A stretch of 32,000 nt of DNA from Candidatus Methanoperedens sp. (GTDB lineage: Archaea > Halobacteriota > Methanosarcinia > Methanosarcinales > Methanoperedenaceae): contig JBGQBI010000003.1 in the NCBI GenBank assembly GCA_041494705.1, positions 270,001-302,000 on the forward strand, given 5' to 3'. This document shows, piece by piece, positions 8,458-18,068 of this stretch. The first letter of the stretch is position 1, and the number at the start of each line of letters is the position of its first letter. Under the pieces are notes generated by a model. The model worked only from the letters and a program-made list of their open reading frames with translations. It was not told the origin of the DNA and made no database searches. Made by a program: the position numbers and the translations under genes.

Positions 8458-9492
8458 TCATACCAGCACGTCTTCAAGTCCCGACTCTTTTACAATTGCA
8501 AGCGCCCTCTGGCATTCCTCTCTTGTAAGATTTCGGTTTATTTCAGGGTACTCGTACGCCCTGTAGTTAGGCGAATACTGGAACATGAGGTTAAACCTGA
8601 CTTTCGGTATATGCTCTTTCGTCCATTTTACTATCGGCACTGTGCAGCAATCGATGTGGTTCGGAAGAACAAGGTGCCTCAAGAGAATTTCACCGCTTTT
8701 GTAAGCCGACATGAAATTCCTTGTTACGGTTGACCAATAATCGGGCGCATTTGAATATTTCATTGCGCATTCGTCACTCCCATACCTGAAATCCCCGAGA
8801 TATACATCAACCACGCCCTCAAGCAAATTTGCGATTTCTCCTGAATAATACATGTTGGAATTCCAGACGACAGGAACATTAACCCGAAGCGCATTCAGGA
8901 TTTTGAGGATAGTATGGGTATGAGGCGTCGGCGTGACAAAATTAACGTTCCTTGACCCGTAAGCGCGCCGGAGGGTGATGATTCTTGCAAGTTCCTGAGG
9001 TAAAATGGGCATTCCACTTTCAGGCGCCTGTGAAATCTGCCAGTTCTGGCAATAGACGCAGGAAAAATTGCAGCCTGTGAAGAATATCGTATGCGACGGC
9101 ACAAGTTCAGGCTCCTCGCCGTGATGCAGGAACTCGGCTGAATAGCGCGAGACGGCATCCAGCCTGCAATAACCGATTTCTTTCTTTTTACGGTTTATCC
9201 CGCATCTTCGTTCGCAGAAATGGCAGCTTTGAATAATTTTATCAGCGATAGCAATTTTCAGGTCAAGGAGCGACGGGCTTGCACGGGGGGCGAGTTCATC
9301 GATAGATGCAATACTATCGAATATCTCACGAAAAGAGCGCATCGCTGTGTCGTGTATTTTCCAGAGTTCAGGAAGCGTGGAATCCTTATTGAAATCAACA
9401 CTCACCGATTGGGAAACCAGGAATTGCGATGGAAGCTTATCCTTCATCACATCAAAATATCCTGGAAGAAAAAGCGGGCTGCCGGAGATCAT
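8458..9492 (-). CDS. Radical SAM protein, PflX-like (pyruvate formate-lyase activase homologue family)
   Basis: CNFSCVYCQN is a CX3CX2C radical-SAM cluster motif. About 340 aa. The start could instead be the internal ATG at 9447 (MKDKLPSQ). Confidence 0.7.
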   Translation of the reverse strand: MISGSPLFLPGYFDVMKDKLPSQFLVSQSVSVDFNKDSTLPELWKIHDTAMRSFREIFDSIASIDELAPRASPSLLDLKIAIADKIIQSCHFCERRCGINRKKKEIGYCRLDAVSRYSAEFLHHGEEPELVPSHTIFFTGCNFSCVYCQNWQISQAPESGMPILPQELARIITLRRAYGSRNVNFVTPTPHTHTILKILNALRVNVPVVWNSNMYYSGEIANLLEGVVDVYLGDFRYGSDECAMKYSNAPDYWSTVTRNFMSAYKSGEILLRHLVLPNHIDCCTVPIVKWTKEHIPKVRFNLMFQYSPNYRAYEYPEINRNLTREECQRALAIVKESGLEDVLV

Positions 9493-9501
9493 TATTCTGT
9501 C

Positions 9502-10989
9502 TTAATGCGCTCTTGCCATAATTAAAGGTGTTGAGAATTTTTTCTCAACCTCAACCCTGTGTAATGTGTTATATGTGCAGAAAGGAATAATTCTCCCGTC
9601 GGGTGTGGCATAATGGACGCCGCATCGTTTAATCCTCTCAAGGTCCATATTATATAAATCCATGAAATGCATAGAGCCTATAAAGAGAGTATGGCGGTGG
9701 AACTCTTTTGTTGCATCCCCTGTCCCTTCCTTTAGAACATCTATGAAGAGTTTTTTCACATCTACTGATTTTGGCGCTTTCGCCATATCGATATATTTCG
9801 GCAGTGCAGAAATAAGGCTCCCCATTCTTTTCATATTCCCGAGAGACTTGCCAAGCCATTTTGAATTAGGCGATGCCAGTTCCTCTATATGTTCAAGGAG
9901 TCCTTCCACATCGATAAATCGGGTTATAGGGATCATTTTACCATCTTCCACATACACGTAGGTACCAGTGCCGCAGTGCGGATGAACCGTGAATTCAATA
10001 TTCGGGATTCCTTCCTCGGCTGAAACAAAATGAGAAATAGGTACAACGAAAGGAACTGGATAGAAATCGTCTCCGGTAATAGCGCCGTCCGTCTGCGCTT
10101 CTATCAAATCAAATAAATCCGGGATGGTTATCCTTTTTTCCATCCTTTCTTTTTTATTTATCCTTCCCGCAAAAGATATGGGCTGGAAGTTAATGCCTTT
10201 CACAGCATCCATATTATTGACCGCGAACCTGATAATATCCCCTACCTGATGATCGTTTACGCCTTTTGCGAGCGTGGGCACAAGAGAAATGCTTGTCAAT
10301 CCTCCCATTCTGCAATTTTCAATTGCTTTAAGTTTAAGAGGCAGGGCATTGTAACCCCGGTTTATGATATAAGGCTCTTCGGTCACGCCGTCGAATTGTA
10401 AATAAACGGTATGGAGACCCGCTTCGTTTAGCTCTTTGCATAATGAGAGACTTTTTGCAAGCTTAATTCCGTTGGTCGCCATCTGGACCTGGGTAAATCC
10501 AAACTCCTTGGCCATACCGACAATCCGGACAATATCCTCACGCATCGTGGGTTCGCCGCCTGCAAACTGGACCGCGGGACATGGCACCGGTTTTTGATCC
10601 CGGAGCATCTGCATCATTGCCCTTATCTGCGAAAGCGAGGGTTCGTAAAGATAGCCTGAGGCCTGCGCATTCGCAAAGCATACGGGGCATGCCTGGTTGC
10701 ACCTGTTGGTGACATCGATATTGGCAAGGATGGTGCTGGTCTTATGAGAAGAGCATATCCCGCATGAATGGGGGCAATTTCCATCTGCACCGATAGGATT
10801 TGATATTCCGTCGCCGTCATGCCAGAACTTTTCAAACCGCTTAAACTGCTTCGGACTTGACCAATAAACATCTTCAAAATATCCGTGTTTACTGCACGTT
10901 TTTTTAAGAAGGATTTTCCCATTCTCTTCAACAATCGTGGCATCGATAACAGCAGAGCATACAGGGCACAACGATTTTGTTGATTTCAT
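9502..10989 (-). CDS. Radical SAM protein with N-terminal zinc-ribbon/rubredoxin-like motif; possibly tetraether lipid synthase (Tes/GDGT-MAS family)
   Basis: CPVC...CSKH at the N-terminus, CPHSCGIC, then radical-SAM NRCNQACPVC (CX3CX2C) and GGEPT. About 495 aa. The Tes assignment rests on remembered family architecture, not a search. Confidence 0.55.
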   Translation of the reverse strand: MKSTKSLCPVCSAVIDATIVEENGKILLKKTCSKHGYFEDVYWSSPKQFKRFEKFWHDGDGISNPIGADGNCPHSCGICSSHKTSTILANIDVTNRCNQACPVCFANAQASGYLYEPSLSQIRAMMQMLRDQKPVPCPAVQFAGGEPTMREDIVRIVGMAKEFGFTQVQMATNGIKLAKSLSLCKELNEAGLHTVYLQFDGVTEEPYIINRGYNALPLKLKAIENCRMGGLTSISLVPTLAKGVNDHQVGDIIRFAVNNMDAVKGINFQPISFAGRINKKERMEKRITIPDLFDLIEAQTDGAITGDDFYPVPFVVPISHFVSAEEGIPNIEFTVHPHCGTGTYVYVEDGKMIPITRFIDVEGLLEHIEELASPNSKWLGKSLGNMKRMGSLISALPKYIDMAKAPKSVDVKKLFIDVLKEGTGDATKEFHRHTLFIGSMHFMDLYNMDLERIKRCGVHYATPDGRIIPFCTYNTLHRVEVEKKFSTPLIMARAH

Positions 10990-11151
10990 TGATAATAACC
11001 TCGATTTTCTTAATGGACATAGTATTTTTCATATTTGAGGTTTTCCTTGATAATAATATCTAAAAACCCCGTATATACAAAGCTTTTTTAGTACTTAAAG
11101 TATATCTGTAGAATAAAGATTCAATTATGAATCAAGGTCTGGTGATTAAAT

Positions 11152-11382
11152 TTGGTAATAGGAGTTACTCTTGTGAATGTTGTGCCCGGGCAGGAAAAAG
11201 CGGCATATAATGGGCTTGTAAAGATAAAAGGAATAAAAGATGTATATCATGTGTTCGGGGAATATGATTTTGTTGTGATAAGCAATGTGGATGGCTTGAG
11301 TGCGTTAAATAAACTGGTGGACACTATCAGGGAAAGCGAAAACGTCACGAAAACGCAGACAATAGTGGGAGCTGAGCTTTAG
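11152..11382 (+). CDS. Stand-alone Lrp/AsnC ligand-binding (RAM) domain protein
   Basis: 76 aa. The pattern V.V..G......[19 protein letters not shown] is typical of the AsnC C-terminal domain. TTG start; ends 10 nt before top6B. Confidence 0.7.
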   Translation: MVIGVTLVNVVPGQEKAAYNGLVKIKGIKDVYHVFGEYDFVVISNVDGLSALNKLVDTIRESENVTKTQTIVGAEL

Positions 11383-11392
11383 AGGATACTTA

Positions 11393-13243
11393 ATGGTCAT
11401 TGCCGAAGAACTTGCGAAAAAGCAAAAGGCCATCAGTATCGCTGAATTTTTTGAGAAAAACAGGCAAATACTTGGATTCGATTCAAGTAGCAGAAGCCTG
11501 TTAACGTCGGTCAAGGAAGCGGTAGATAATTCCCTTGATGCCTGCGAAGAAGCGGGAATACTTCCTGATATTTTAATTAAACTTGAAAATGCGTCCAAGA
11601 ATAACCTGACGCTTATCGTAGAAGATAACGGGCCGGGAATCGTAAAAGAGCAAATCCCAAGGGTTTTTGCAAAATTACTCTACGGTTCACGTTTCCATGC
11701 AGTCAAGCAAAGCCGCGGGCAGCAGGGAATCGGCATCTCAGCGACCGTATTGTATTCGCAGCTCACATCTGGCAGGCCTGCAAAAATCGTATCGAAAATA
11801 GATAAGGACGCACCGGCACACTATTTTGAACTTCTCATAAACACGCAGACCAACGAACCTGAAATCCTTGTCGATAAAATAACCGACTGGGACAGGCTGC
11901 GAGGCACGCGCATCGAGCTTGAGATGGAAGCTTCGTATATCAAGGGAAGGAGGCAGTCTGTCTATGAATATCTCAAGGATACCGCAATTGTAAACCCACA
12001 TGCTCGTATTACTCTCATCGAACCCGATAATAACCAGATAATATTTGAAAGGGCGACCGATAAACAGCCAGTGCAGGCTGTGGAGATATTGCCGCATCCA
12101 CACGGGATTGAACTCGGTACGCTGATGAAAATGCTGCGGTATTCCGAAACCGATAAACTTGATGATTTTTTAAGGGAATCATTTTCAAGAATAGGCGCAC
12201 AAACTGCAAAAGAGATATGCAATAAAGCGGGCATTGACACTGAAACCAACCCGAAGGCAATTACGCTTGACGAGGCAAAGAGGCTGCATGAGGCTTTTAA
12301 AAAGGTAAAGATACTGGCGCCATCTACCGATTGCCTTTCTCCCATCACAGAGGAGCTTATTCGCAAAGGCGTCGGGAAAGAACACACCGTTGATTTTATC
12401 GAAACCACGACGCGGCCTGCGGGTGTGCATAGCGGTCACCCGTTCCAGGTGGAAGCCGGGATAGCTTACGGCGGCAATCTATCAAAGGAAGAGAAAGTTG
12501 AAATATTGCGATTTGCAAACCGTGTGCCTCTTCTCTACCAGCAGGGGGCCTGCGCCATAACACATGCAATCGAGAATATCAACTGGAGGAACTATTCCCT
12601 TGACCAGCCGGGCGGCTCGCTTCCCATCGGTCCTGCCATAATTTTAGTTCATGTTGCATCCACGCATATTCCTTTTACCTCCGAATCCAAAGAAGCGATT
12701 GCCGATGTTCCTGAAATAATGGGAGATGTGGAACTTGCGCTTAAGGATGTGGCGCGGCGACTCAAGCTCTATTTGTCAAGGCAGGACAATCTTGAAAAAA
12801 GACGTGAAAAGGAGGAAATCATCTATTCCATCCTGCCGCGCATGGCAAAAAAGGTGGGTGAGATTCTTGAGCGACCGACGCCTGATATTACACCGATAGT
12901 TGCGAAAATCATGGGGAATGTGTTTGCCCAGAGAGTGGTGAAACAGAACGGGAAAGGGTTTGATGTGGAAATAAGGTTGAAAAACCACGGGGATTCAGTG
13001 CATCATTTCATTCTTCATGAGACACTTCCTTATTCTATCGAATCGCCAAGCCCCGAGCCAAAGAAAATCCCTGTTGGAAAGCAGATAGATTATGTATGGA
13101 AAATCTCGCTTAAGCCCGGCGAACAGAAAGCGGTTATTTACAAACTTGGCATCGGGCCGGATGAGGCTGCAAAACTTCCCCAGCTTGTGGTTGAGGGCAT
13201 CGAGAGTGAACTTATTACAGGCGCAAAAGCGGTGAATGTATGA
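11393..13243 (+). CDS. top6B: DNA topoisomerase VI subunit B
   Basis: GHKL ATPase motifs ([25 protein letters not shown]), about 616 aa. ATGA overlap with top6A. Confidence 0.92.
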   Translation: MVIAEELAKKQKAISIAEFFEKNRQILGFDSSSRSLLTSVKEAVDNSLDACEEAGILPDILIKLENASKNNLTLIVEDNGPGIVKEQIPRVFAKLLYGSRFHAVKQSRGQQGIGISATVLYSQLTSGRPAKIVSKIDKDAPAHYFELLINTQTNEPEILVDKITDWDRLRGTRIELEMEASYIKGRRQSVYEYLKDTAIVNPHARITLIEPDNNQIIFERATDKQPVQAVEILPHPHGIELGTLMKMLRYSETDKLDDFLRESFSRIGAQTAKEICNKAGIDTETNPKAITLDEAKRLHEAFKKVKILAPSTDCLSPITEELIRKGVGKEHTVDFIETTTRPAGVHSGHPFQVEAGIAYGGNLSKEEKVEILRFANRVPLLYQQGACAITHAIENINWRNYSLDQPGGSLPIGPAIILVHVASTHIPFTSESKEAIADVPEIMGDVELALKDVARRLKLYLSRQDNLEKRREKEEIIYSILPRMAKKVGEILERPTPDITPIVAKIMGNVFAQRVVKQNGKGFDVEIRLKNHGDSVHHFILHETLPYSIESPSPEPKKIPVGKQIDYVWKISLKPGEQKAVIYKLGIGPDEAAKLPQLVVEGIESELITGAKAVNV

Positions 13244-14391
13244 CTTTGATGAACCCGTCTAAAAAGGATGAATCTAATGGGGTTCATCAAACCGAGAAAA
13301 GCAATAAGGAGATACGTGATTCTCTCTCAAAGACGACTCTAAAGAAACTCATCCAGGATTTCTATGAGCAATTCGAGAGCGAGACTATACCTCATATCGT
13401 CCTGCCTTCGCGCACCAAGAAGAATATCGAACTGAACGAGGACAGCGATGTGTGGGTTTACGGAGACAGCGAGAGCATGCGCAGCGCGAAAACCGTAAAA
13501 GGGGCAACGCAGCTCCTCAAGACATCGCATGTGGTGGAACTTTTGATGAAAGGTCATCTTGACCAGAACAAAAGCTCAACCCTTCGAGAACTGTATTATA
13601 TCAGTGAGAACTGGGATATCGCAAAATTCCACGAGCAGGCTGAAAGCGACCGCCTGATAGAAGACCTTGAGATAATAACAGGCTTGCAGCGCGAGGATTT
13701 CCATGTGCGCCCCGAGGAGAATGGCGCGACATTATACGGTCCTATCAAGATCAAGGAATTAACAAAGCGCGGCGACCGCACCATGCACTGCCAGGACGAG
13801 GTTGGAGAGGCTGGATACCAGATACCTTATAATGTGGAGACCATAAAGTTCGTGGAGCACGACGCGAAGTTCATTATCGCCATCGAGACCGGCGGTATGC
13901 AGGACAGGCTCATCGAGAACGGTTTTGACGAGAAATTCGATGCCATCCTTGTGCACCTGAAGGGACAGCCCGCGCGAAGCACGCGGCGCATCATCAAGCG
14001 CATGAACGAGGAACTGAAACTGCCAGTGGTGGTGTTCACTGACGGCGACCCGTGGAGCTTCCGCATATACGCAAGCGTTGCTTACGGCGCCATCAAGAGC
14101 GCGCATCTCTCAGAGTTCATGGCAACGCCTGCCGCGAAGTTCATCGGGGTGCAGTCAACAGATATCGTGGAGTATGAGCTTTCAACGGACAAGCTGAACG
14201 ACCAGGACATTAAGGCGCTTGAGAGCGAACTTACAGATCCGAGATTTGATACGCCCTACTGGAAAGACCAGATTAATCTTATGCTAAAGATTGGAAAGAA
14301 GGCAGAGCAGCAGGCTTTTGCGGGGAAGGGGCTGGATTATGTTACGGATAAGTATTTGCCGGAGAGGCTGACGGAGATGGGAGTGATTTGA
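13240..14391 (+). CDS. top6A: DNA topoisomerase VI subunit A (Spo11 homologue)
   Basis: STLRELYY (catalytic Tyr context) and Toprim IAIETGGM ... FTDGDPWS. Coupled to top6B. Confidence 0.92.
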   Translation: MTLMNPSKKDESNGVHQTEKSNKEIRDSLSKTTLKKLIQDFYEQFESETIPHIVLPSRTKKNIELNEDSDVWVYGDSESMRSAKTVKGATQLLKTSHVVELLMKGHLDQNKSSTLRELYYISENWDIAKFHEQAESDRLIEDLEIITGLQREDFHVRPEENGATLYGPIKIKELTKRGDRTMHCQDEVGEAGYQIPYNVETIKFVEHDAKFIIAIETGGMQDRLIENGFDEKFDAILVHLKGQPARSTRRIIKRMNEELKLPVVVFTDGDPWSFRIYASVAYGAIKSAHLSEFMATPAAKFIGVQSTDIVEYELSTDKLNDQDIKALESELTDPRFDTPYWKDQINLMLKIGKKAEQQAFAGKGLDYVTDKYLPERLTEMGVI

Positions 14392-14409
14392 GGTACGATA
14401 AAAATTTAG

Positions 14410-17400
14410 TTAAGCCCGAGTAACTAAAAATTGAATGTTTTTAATATTAATACCATGGTCTAGTAAAATAGGTTTAACCGACTCAAACTCTTCAATTAAT
14501 TTATCTTTGACCTCATTAAAAATTTTGTCAGCATCAGAATCACTTTTATTTAATAATACTTGAATTAAAATTGATTTTTCTTCAATGGATATAACAACTT
14601 CTTGAACTATCTCGATTTTTCTATATTCATCTCTTTGTATTTCGCTTATTAAATGATGATTCCGATGCTCTTCTCTTGGAAGTCTATTTTTATCAGTATC
14701 TAATGCATCCGCCAATCGAAGTAAAGCTGATATCAATTTACTTCTAATACTACTCGGTTTTTTATCTAACAATACTGCTTGAGTTTCCACAACATTATCT
14801 ATTTTTTCATTGCTACTATGATGTAAACATATTTGTGCAACTATCGCTTTTTCAGTATCGTTTAATAGCCCCATTTTCAAATAATTTTTTTCTAAAAAAG
14901 GAATTATTCTTCTGGCATGTTCTTTTCTTACATTTTTAACAACATCCAGATTATCATAATCTTCGCCTTCTTGTTTAAGCATTCCTAGATCATGACACCA
15001 AGAACATACAGCTAATAAAAAATATTCATATTCATTTAATCTTTTTTCACCTTTTTTTAACTCCCAGTTATCTAAAAGTTGATTCATTAAATTGAAAACA
15101 TTGTTTGAATGGGGAGTACCATGATTAGTAAAAAATCTAAAATATTTTGAATCTGAATGCACCCATGTTAATTGATTTTCACAGAACAGCTTAATTTTTT
15201 CCAATCTTTCTGTAAATTTAGTCTCTCGTAAATTATTTGTTAAATATTCTTTATTCTTTCCACTTTTTTCAACCATTTCTTTTATATGTTTTTCTTCGGC
15301 AACAATTTCAGCTATTTCTTCATAGATTTGTTCTTCTCTAAAAATCGATTCTTCTCCTTCTTTTGTAACTTTCTCGAAATGATCTCTGATTTTTTTGGAC
15401 ACAAACGGGCCAACTAATTTAGATAAAGCATCATGATCCAAATCCTTCAATGAATTGTATGTAAAACCAGCATTGAATAATTTCCTCGCGCTTTTCCGTC
15501 TAACCCCCTCAATTTTTATATATTCCAATAATTCCTCTTTGATTCCTCCAACAACTCTATCACAGTAGATAAGTATTCTATCTGTTATCCCTTTAGAAAC
15601 ACCGTTCAATATAGCAATTTTTACAAATGCGTCTCCTAACCATTCCAACATCTCACCAAGTTCATAAAAATCTGCATCCCTAAGCTCAGGATATTTGCCA
15701 ATTATTTCTTCCAATGGTTTTTCTTCCATCCAATTACAAAGTAAAAATGCTGCTAGAGATTTTCTAGAATATGTTTGTTTTTCAACATCGTCTCCATTAT
15801 CCGGCATCCTAGATAGCAATAAATCCTTAGCTTTAAACCGCGATGCTAACTCTAGCCCCTCAAAATCATTATCGTAGGGTCTATAATTATTAACTTCAGG
15901 AGACAAAAGTAATAATTGAAATATTGGCCAAGGATTCTCTAAATCTTTCTCCGTGTACAAGCTCGACATAATTTTTTGAGAACCCCTTAAAAATAGCAGG
16001 CCGGTTTCGCAATCTATGCAGGAATCTGAAACAGCTTTACCAAACTTAGTAGGAATATAATAAGATCCTGATTTTTTAATGAAACCATTATCTTCCAGAT
16101 ACGATAAATCTTTAAAAATCTCTTTTCTTAGATCGAATTCTTCAAATTCATATCTATAAATAGTAAACCAAAGTGTCGTTTTAAGATATTCAAATATTTC
16201 TTCTATAGGAATTATTCTATTGGAGGCAATTAATCCGTTCAAATGTTTCTGGCGTGTTCTCGCAACTCTTAATTGAGAGAGGACTCTCTCTGGATTTTTT
16301 TTGATATATTTACCATAAAGTTGTCCATCTACTGATTGGTCTTCAATGAGAATAGCTTCTCCAAATTTATGATACCCTGGCCTTCCCGCTCTTCCCATCA
16401 TATTTAAGACACTATTTATTGGATGGGGCTCAAAATCATGTCCATTCCATTTTAAATAATCTGAAATAATTACAACATTTGCTGGAAGATTTACACCCTG
16501 TTCCAGAGTTGGAGTTGATACAAGCACCTTTAAATTTCTATTTTCGAAATTTTTCTCGATAATATCTCTTTGAATTAATTGAAGACCTGCATGATGAAAA
16601 CTTACACCTAAACGCACACAAGCAATCAAATTTTTAGAAAATTTAGTTTTTTCTTCGATAGAATCATCAATTAATTGTGATATTTCTTTGCATACTACTT
16701 CATCAATACTATATCCCCCACGTTTTATATCTAATGCTAATGCAACTGCCAGACTCTCCGCATGATCCCTTGCGTTAGTGAAAATTATACATTGTTTTTC
16801 TTGATTAATAAAATATTTTACTAAATCTATAGTATTTCCATATCGAATCGATTTCCATCTATCCATACTACCCTTATTATGTGTATAGACATTTTTTCTG
16901 ATTGGAATTTTTATTTTCTCCTTTTCGATTTGTAGTATTCCATAATTGCTTAATATCCCGGCATGTAATGGAATAATACGGTTTTTATTAAAAACAATGT
17001 CATCTGCTAACCAAGTTTTGATTTCTTCTGGATTACCAATTACTGCAGACAATGCTATTCTTTGAGCCTTTTTAAATTTTCTTATTATTTCAGATACCAC
17101 TATCTCTAAGGTTAAACCTCTTGATTTATCATCAACCATCTGAATTTCATCTATAACAAATAATGAGACATCATAGAGCCATTCTTCATTGTGACGAATT
17201 AAAGAATCTACCTTCTCAATTGTAGCAATAATTACGTCCTTCCTACCAATATTAGTATACTCACATTTCGCATAATCCCCAGTAGTTATTCCGACTGAGA
17301 TTCCTAATGGAGCTAATATTCTGTTAAACTGCTCATATTTCTGTCTAGCCAAAGCCCTCAATGGGACAATATAGATAGCTTTTCCTCTCTTTTTTAAAAC

Positions 17401-17601
17401 AGTATCAATAACCGATAACAACGCAGGGAATGTTTTCCCAGAACCAGTTGGAAGACCTATAAAAACATTTTTTCTATCAACCAGACATTTTTGGATGCAC
17501 TCCCATTGATCATCCCATATCTCTGAATAGTTATTTTCTCTCAAAACTTCGATAACTTTTTCATCAAAAAATGGACTTAAATCATCTATCGACCTAGGCA
17601 T
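14410..17601 (-). CDS. Ski2/Hel308-type SF2 helicase fused to a C-terminal HD-superfamily domain (1063 aa from ATG 17601)
   Basis: Helicase motifs GLPTGSGKT, VIDEIQ, SAV, STPTLEQGVNLPA, MMGRAGRPG. An HhH-like IEGVRRKSARKLFNAGF follows. After an acidic linker come the HD motifs HGTPHSNNV, WCHDLGM, CLHHSS and LRLADALD. The 50 codons of the track ORF above 17601 run into GC-rich repeat DNA and are unlikely to be coding. A TATA-like box lies 25-32 nt upstream of ATG 17601. Confidence 0.85.
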   Translation of the reverse strand: MPRSIDDLSPFFDEKVIEVLRENNYSEIWDDQWECIQKCLVDRKNVFIGLPTGSGKTFPALLSVIDTVLKKRGKAIYIVPLRALARQKYEQFNRILAPLGISVGITTGDYAKCEYTNIGRKDVIIATIEKVDSLIRHNEEWLYDVSLFVIDEIQMVDDKSRGLTLEIVVSEIIRKFKKAQRIALSAVIGNPEEIKTWLADDIVFNKNRIIPLHAGILSNYGILQIEKEKIKIPIRKNVYTHNKGSMDRWKSIRYGNTIDLVKYFINQEKQCIIFTNARDHAESLAVALALDIKRGGYSIDEVVCKEISQLIDDSIEEKTKFSKNLIACVRLGVSFHHAGLQLIQRDIIEKNFENRNLKVLVSTPTLEQGVNLPANVVIISDYLKWNGHDFEPHPINSVLNMMGRAGRPGYHKFGEAILIEDQSVDGQLYGKYIKKNPERVLSQLRVARTRQKHLNGLIASNRIIPIEEIFEYLKTTLWFTIYRYEFEEFDLRKEIFKDLSYLEDNGFIKKSGSYYIPTKFGKAVSDSCIDCETGLLFLRGSQKIMSSLYTEKDLENPWPIFQLLLLSPEVNNYRPYDNDFEGLELASRFKAKDLLLSRMPDNGDDVEKQTYSRKSLAAFLLCNWMEEKPLEEIIGKYPELRDADFYELGEMLEWLGDAFVKIAILNGVSKGITDRILIYCDRVVGGIKEELLEYIKIEGVRRKSARKLFNAGFTYNSLKDLDHDALSKLVGPFVSKKIRDHFEKVTKEGEESIFREEQIYEEIAEIVAEEKHIKEMVEKSGKNKEYLTNNLRETKFTERLEKIKLFCENQLTWVHSDSKYFRFFTNHGTPHSNNVFNLMNQLLDNWELKKGEKRLNEYEYFLLAVCSWCHDLGMLKQEGEDYDNLDVVKNVRKEHARRIIPFLEKNYLKMGLLNDTEKAIVAQICLHHSSNEKIDNVVETQAVLLDKKPSSIRSKLISALLRLADALDTDKNRLPREEHRNHHLISEIQRDEYRKIEIVQEVVISIEEKSILIQVLLNKSDSDADKIFNEVKDKLIEEFESVKPILLDHGINIKNIQFLVTRA

Positions 17602-17625
17602 TTTAATAACGATATGCTGAGATAC

Positions 17626-17633
17626 TATATAAA
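17626..17633 (-). promoter_or_regulatory. TATA-box-like element (minus strand tttatata) upstream of the helicase-HD gene
   Basis: AT-rich tttatata about 25-32 nt upstream of ATG 17601. This would give a leaderless or near-leaderless transcript. Confidence 0.4.
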
Positions 17634-17707
17634 TTAGATAGTAAAAATAATAATACAAATACGACTGCCCTCCTACGTCAATCCCATGTCCCATCCCCTC
17701 GCTGAAA

Positions 17708-17727
17708 CCCGGCGTAGGTCGAGGAGA
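17708..17727. repeat. GC-rich short dispersed repeat, copy A (cccggcgtaggtcgaggaga)
   Basis: Matches the gcgggtcgaggaga core of copy C (18981-19005) and partly copy B. Confidence 0.5.
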
Positions 17728-17852
17728 TTGCGGCATCCCGCACCAATCCACAAAATTCAGGCTACAAACCTCAAAGCCAAGCGCCCGAACAGTCTAAAAT
17801 AATTCAGCCATCCGCATCCTCAGACTCTGGCGCCGCCGCAAAATGCTATAAT

Positions 17853-17893
17853 TCACCCCAAAATCTTCGCGCCCTCTGCGTCCTTTGGGGTGA
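17853..17893. repeat. Perfect 10-bp inverted repeat tcaccccaaa / tttggggtga with a 21-nt GC-rich loop
   Basis: Read directly: 17853-17862 is the reverse complement of 17884-17893. Confidence 0.5.
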
Positions 17894-17960
17894 TTCATCG
17901 ACCAAAACCGCAAAGCGCGCAAAAGAACGCAAAGCACAGCTTGCTAAAATTTTCAATTCG

Positions 17961-17990
17961 AGTTCGTACAAGTTCGTACGAGTTCGTTGC
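17961..17990. repeat. Three tandem 10-bp units (agttcgtaca agttcgtacg agttcgttgc), flanked by ttgctaaa(a)tt on both sides
   Basis: Read directly. Unit length is about one helical turn. A partial unit (caattcg) precedes the array. ttgctaaaatt at 17941 and ttgctaaatt at 17987 bracket it. Confidence 0.7.
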
Positions 17991-18045
17991 TAAATTAATA
18001 GATGATGCGCGCCGCCGCAAACAGACACCGGCGCATCCCCCGCAT

Positions 18046-18068
18046 CCGATGCCCCGGCGCGGGTCGAA
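18046..18068. repeat. GC-rich short dispersed repeat, copy B (ccgatgccccggcgcgggtcgaa)
   Basis: Nearly identical to 18979-19000 (ccgatgcctggcgcgggtcgag). The two differ at cc versus t and at the last base. Confidence 0.6.

Noticed and set aside
8337-8528. 63-aa ORF over the second hairpin element, running into the radical-SAM gene's 3' end
   Set aside because: Same reasoning as above: it overlaps palindromic repeat DNA and lies antisense to a well-supported CDS.
17602-17751. N-terminal 50 codons of the track ORF 14410..17751 (MDWCGMPQSPRPTPGFSEGMGHG...YYYFYYLIY...)
   Set aside because: This part reads through an AT-rich promoter-like stretch with a TATA box and into GC-rich repeat copy A. 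The sequence is low-complexity and unlike the helicase. ATG 17601 (MPRSIDDL...) gives a normal helicase N-terminus.
17961-17990. Possible CRISPR array or CRISPR remnant
   Set aside because: The units are 10 bp and directly abutting, with no spacers. No cas genes or longer repeat-spacer periodicity occur anywhere in the window.
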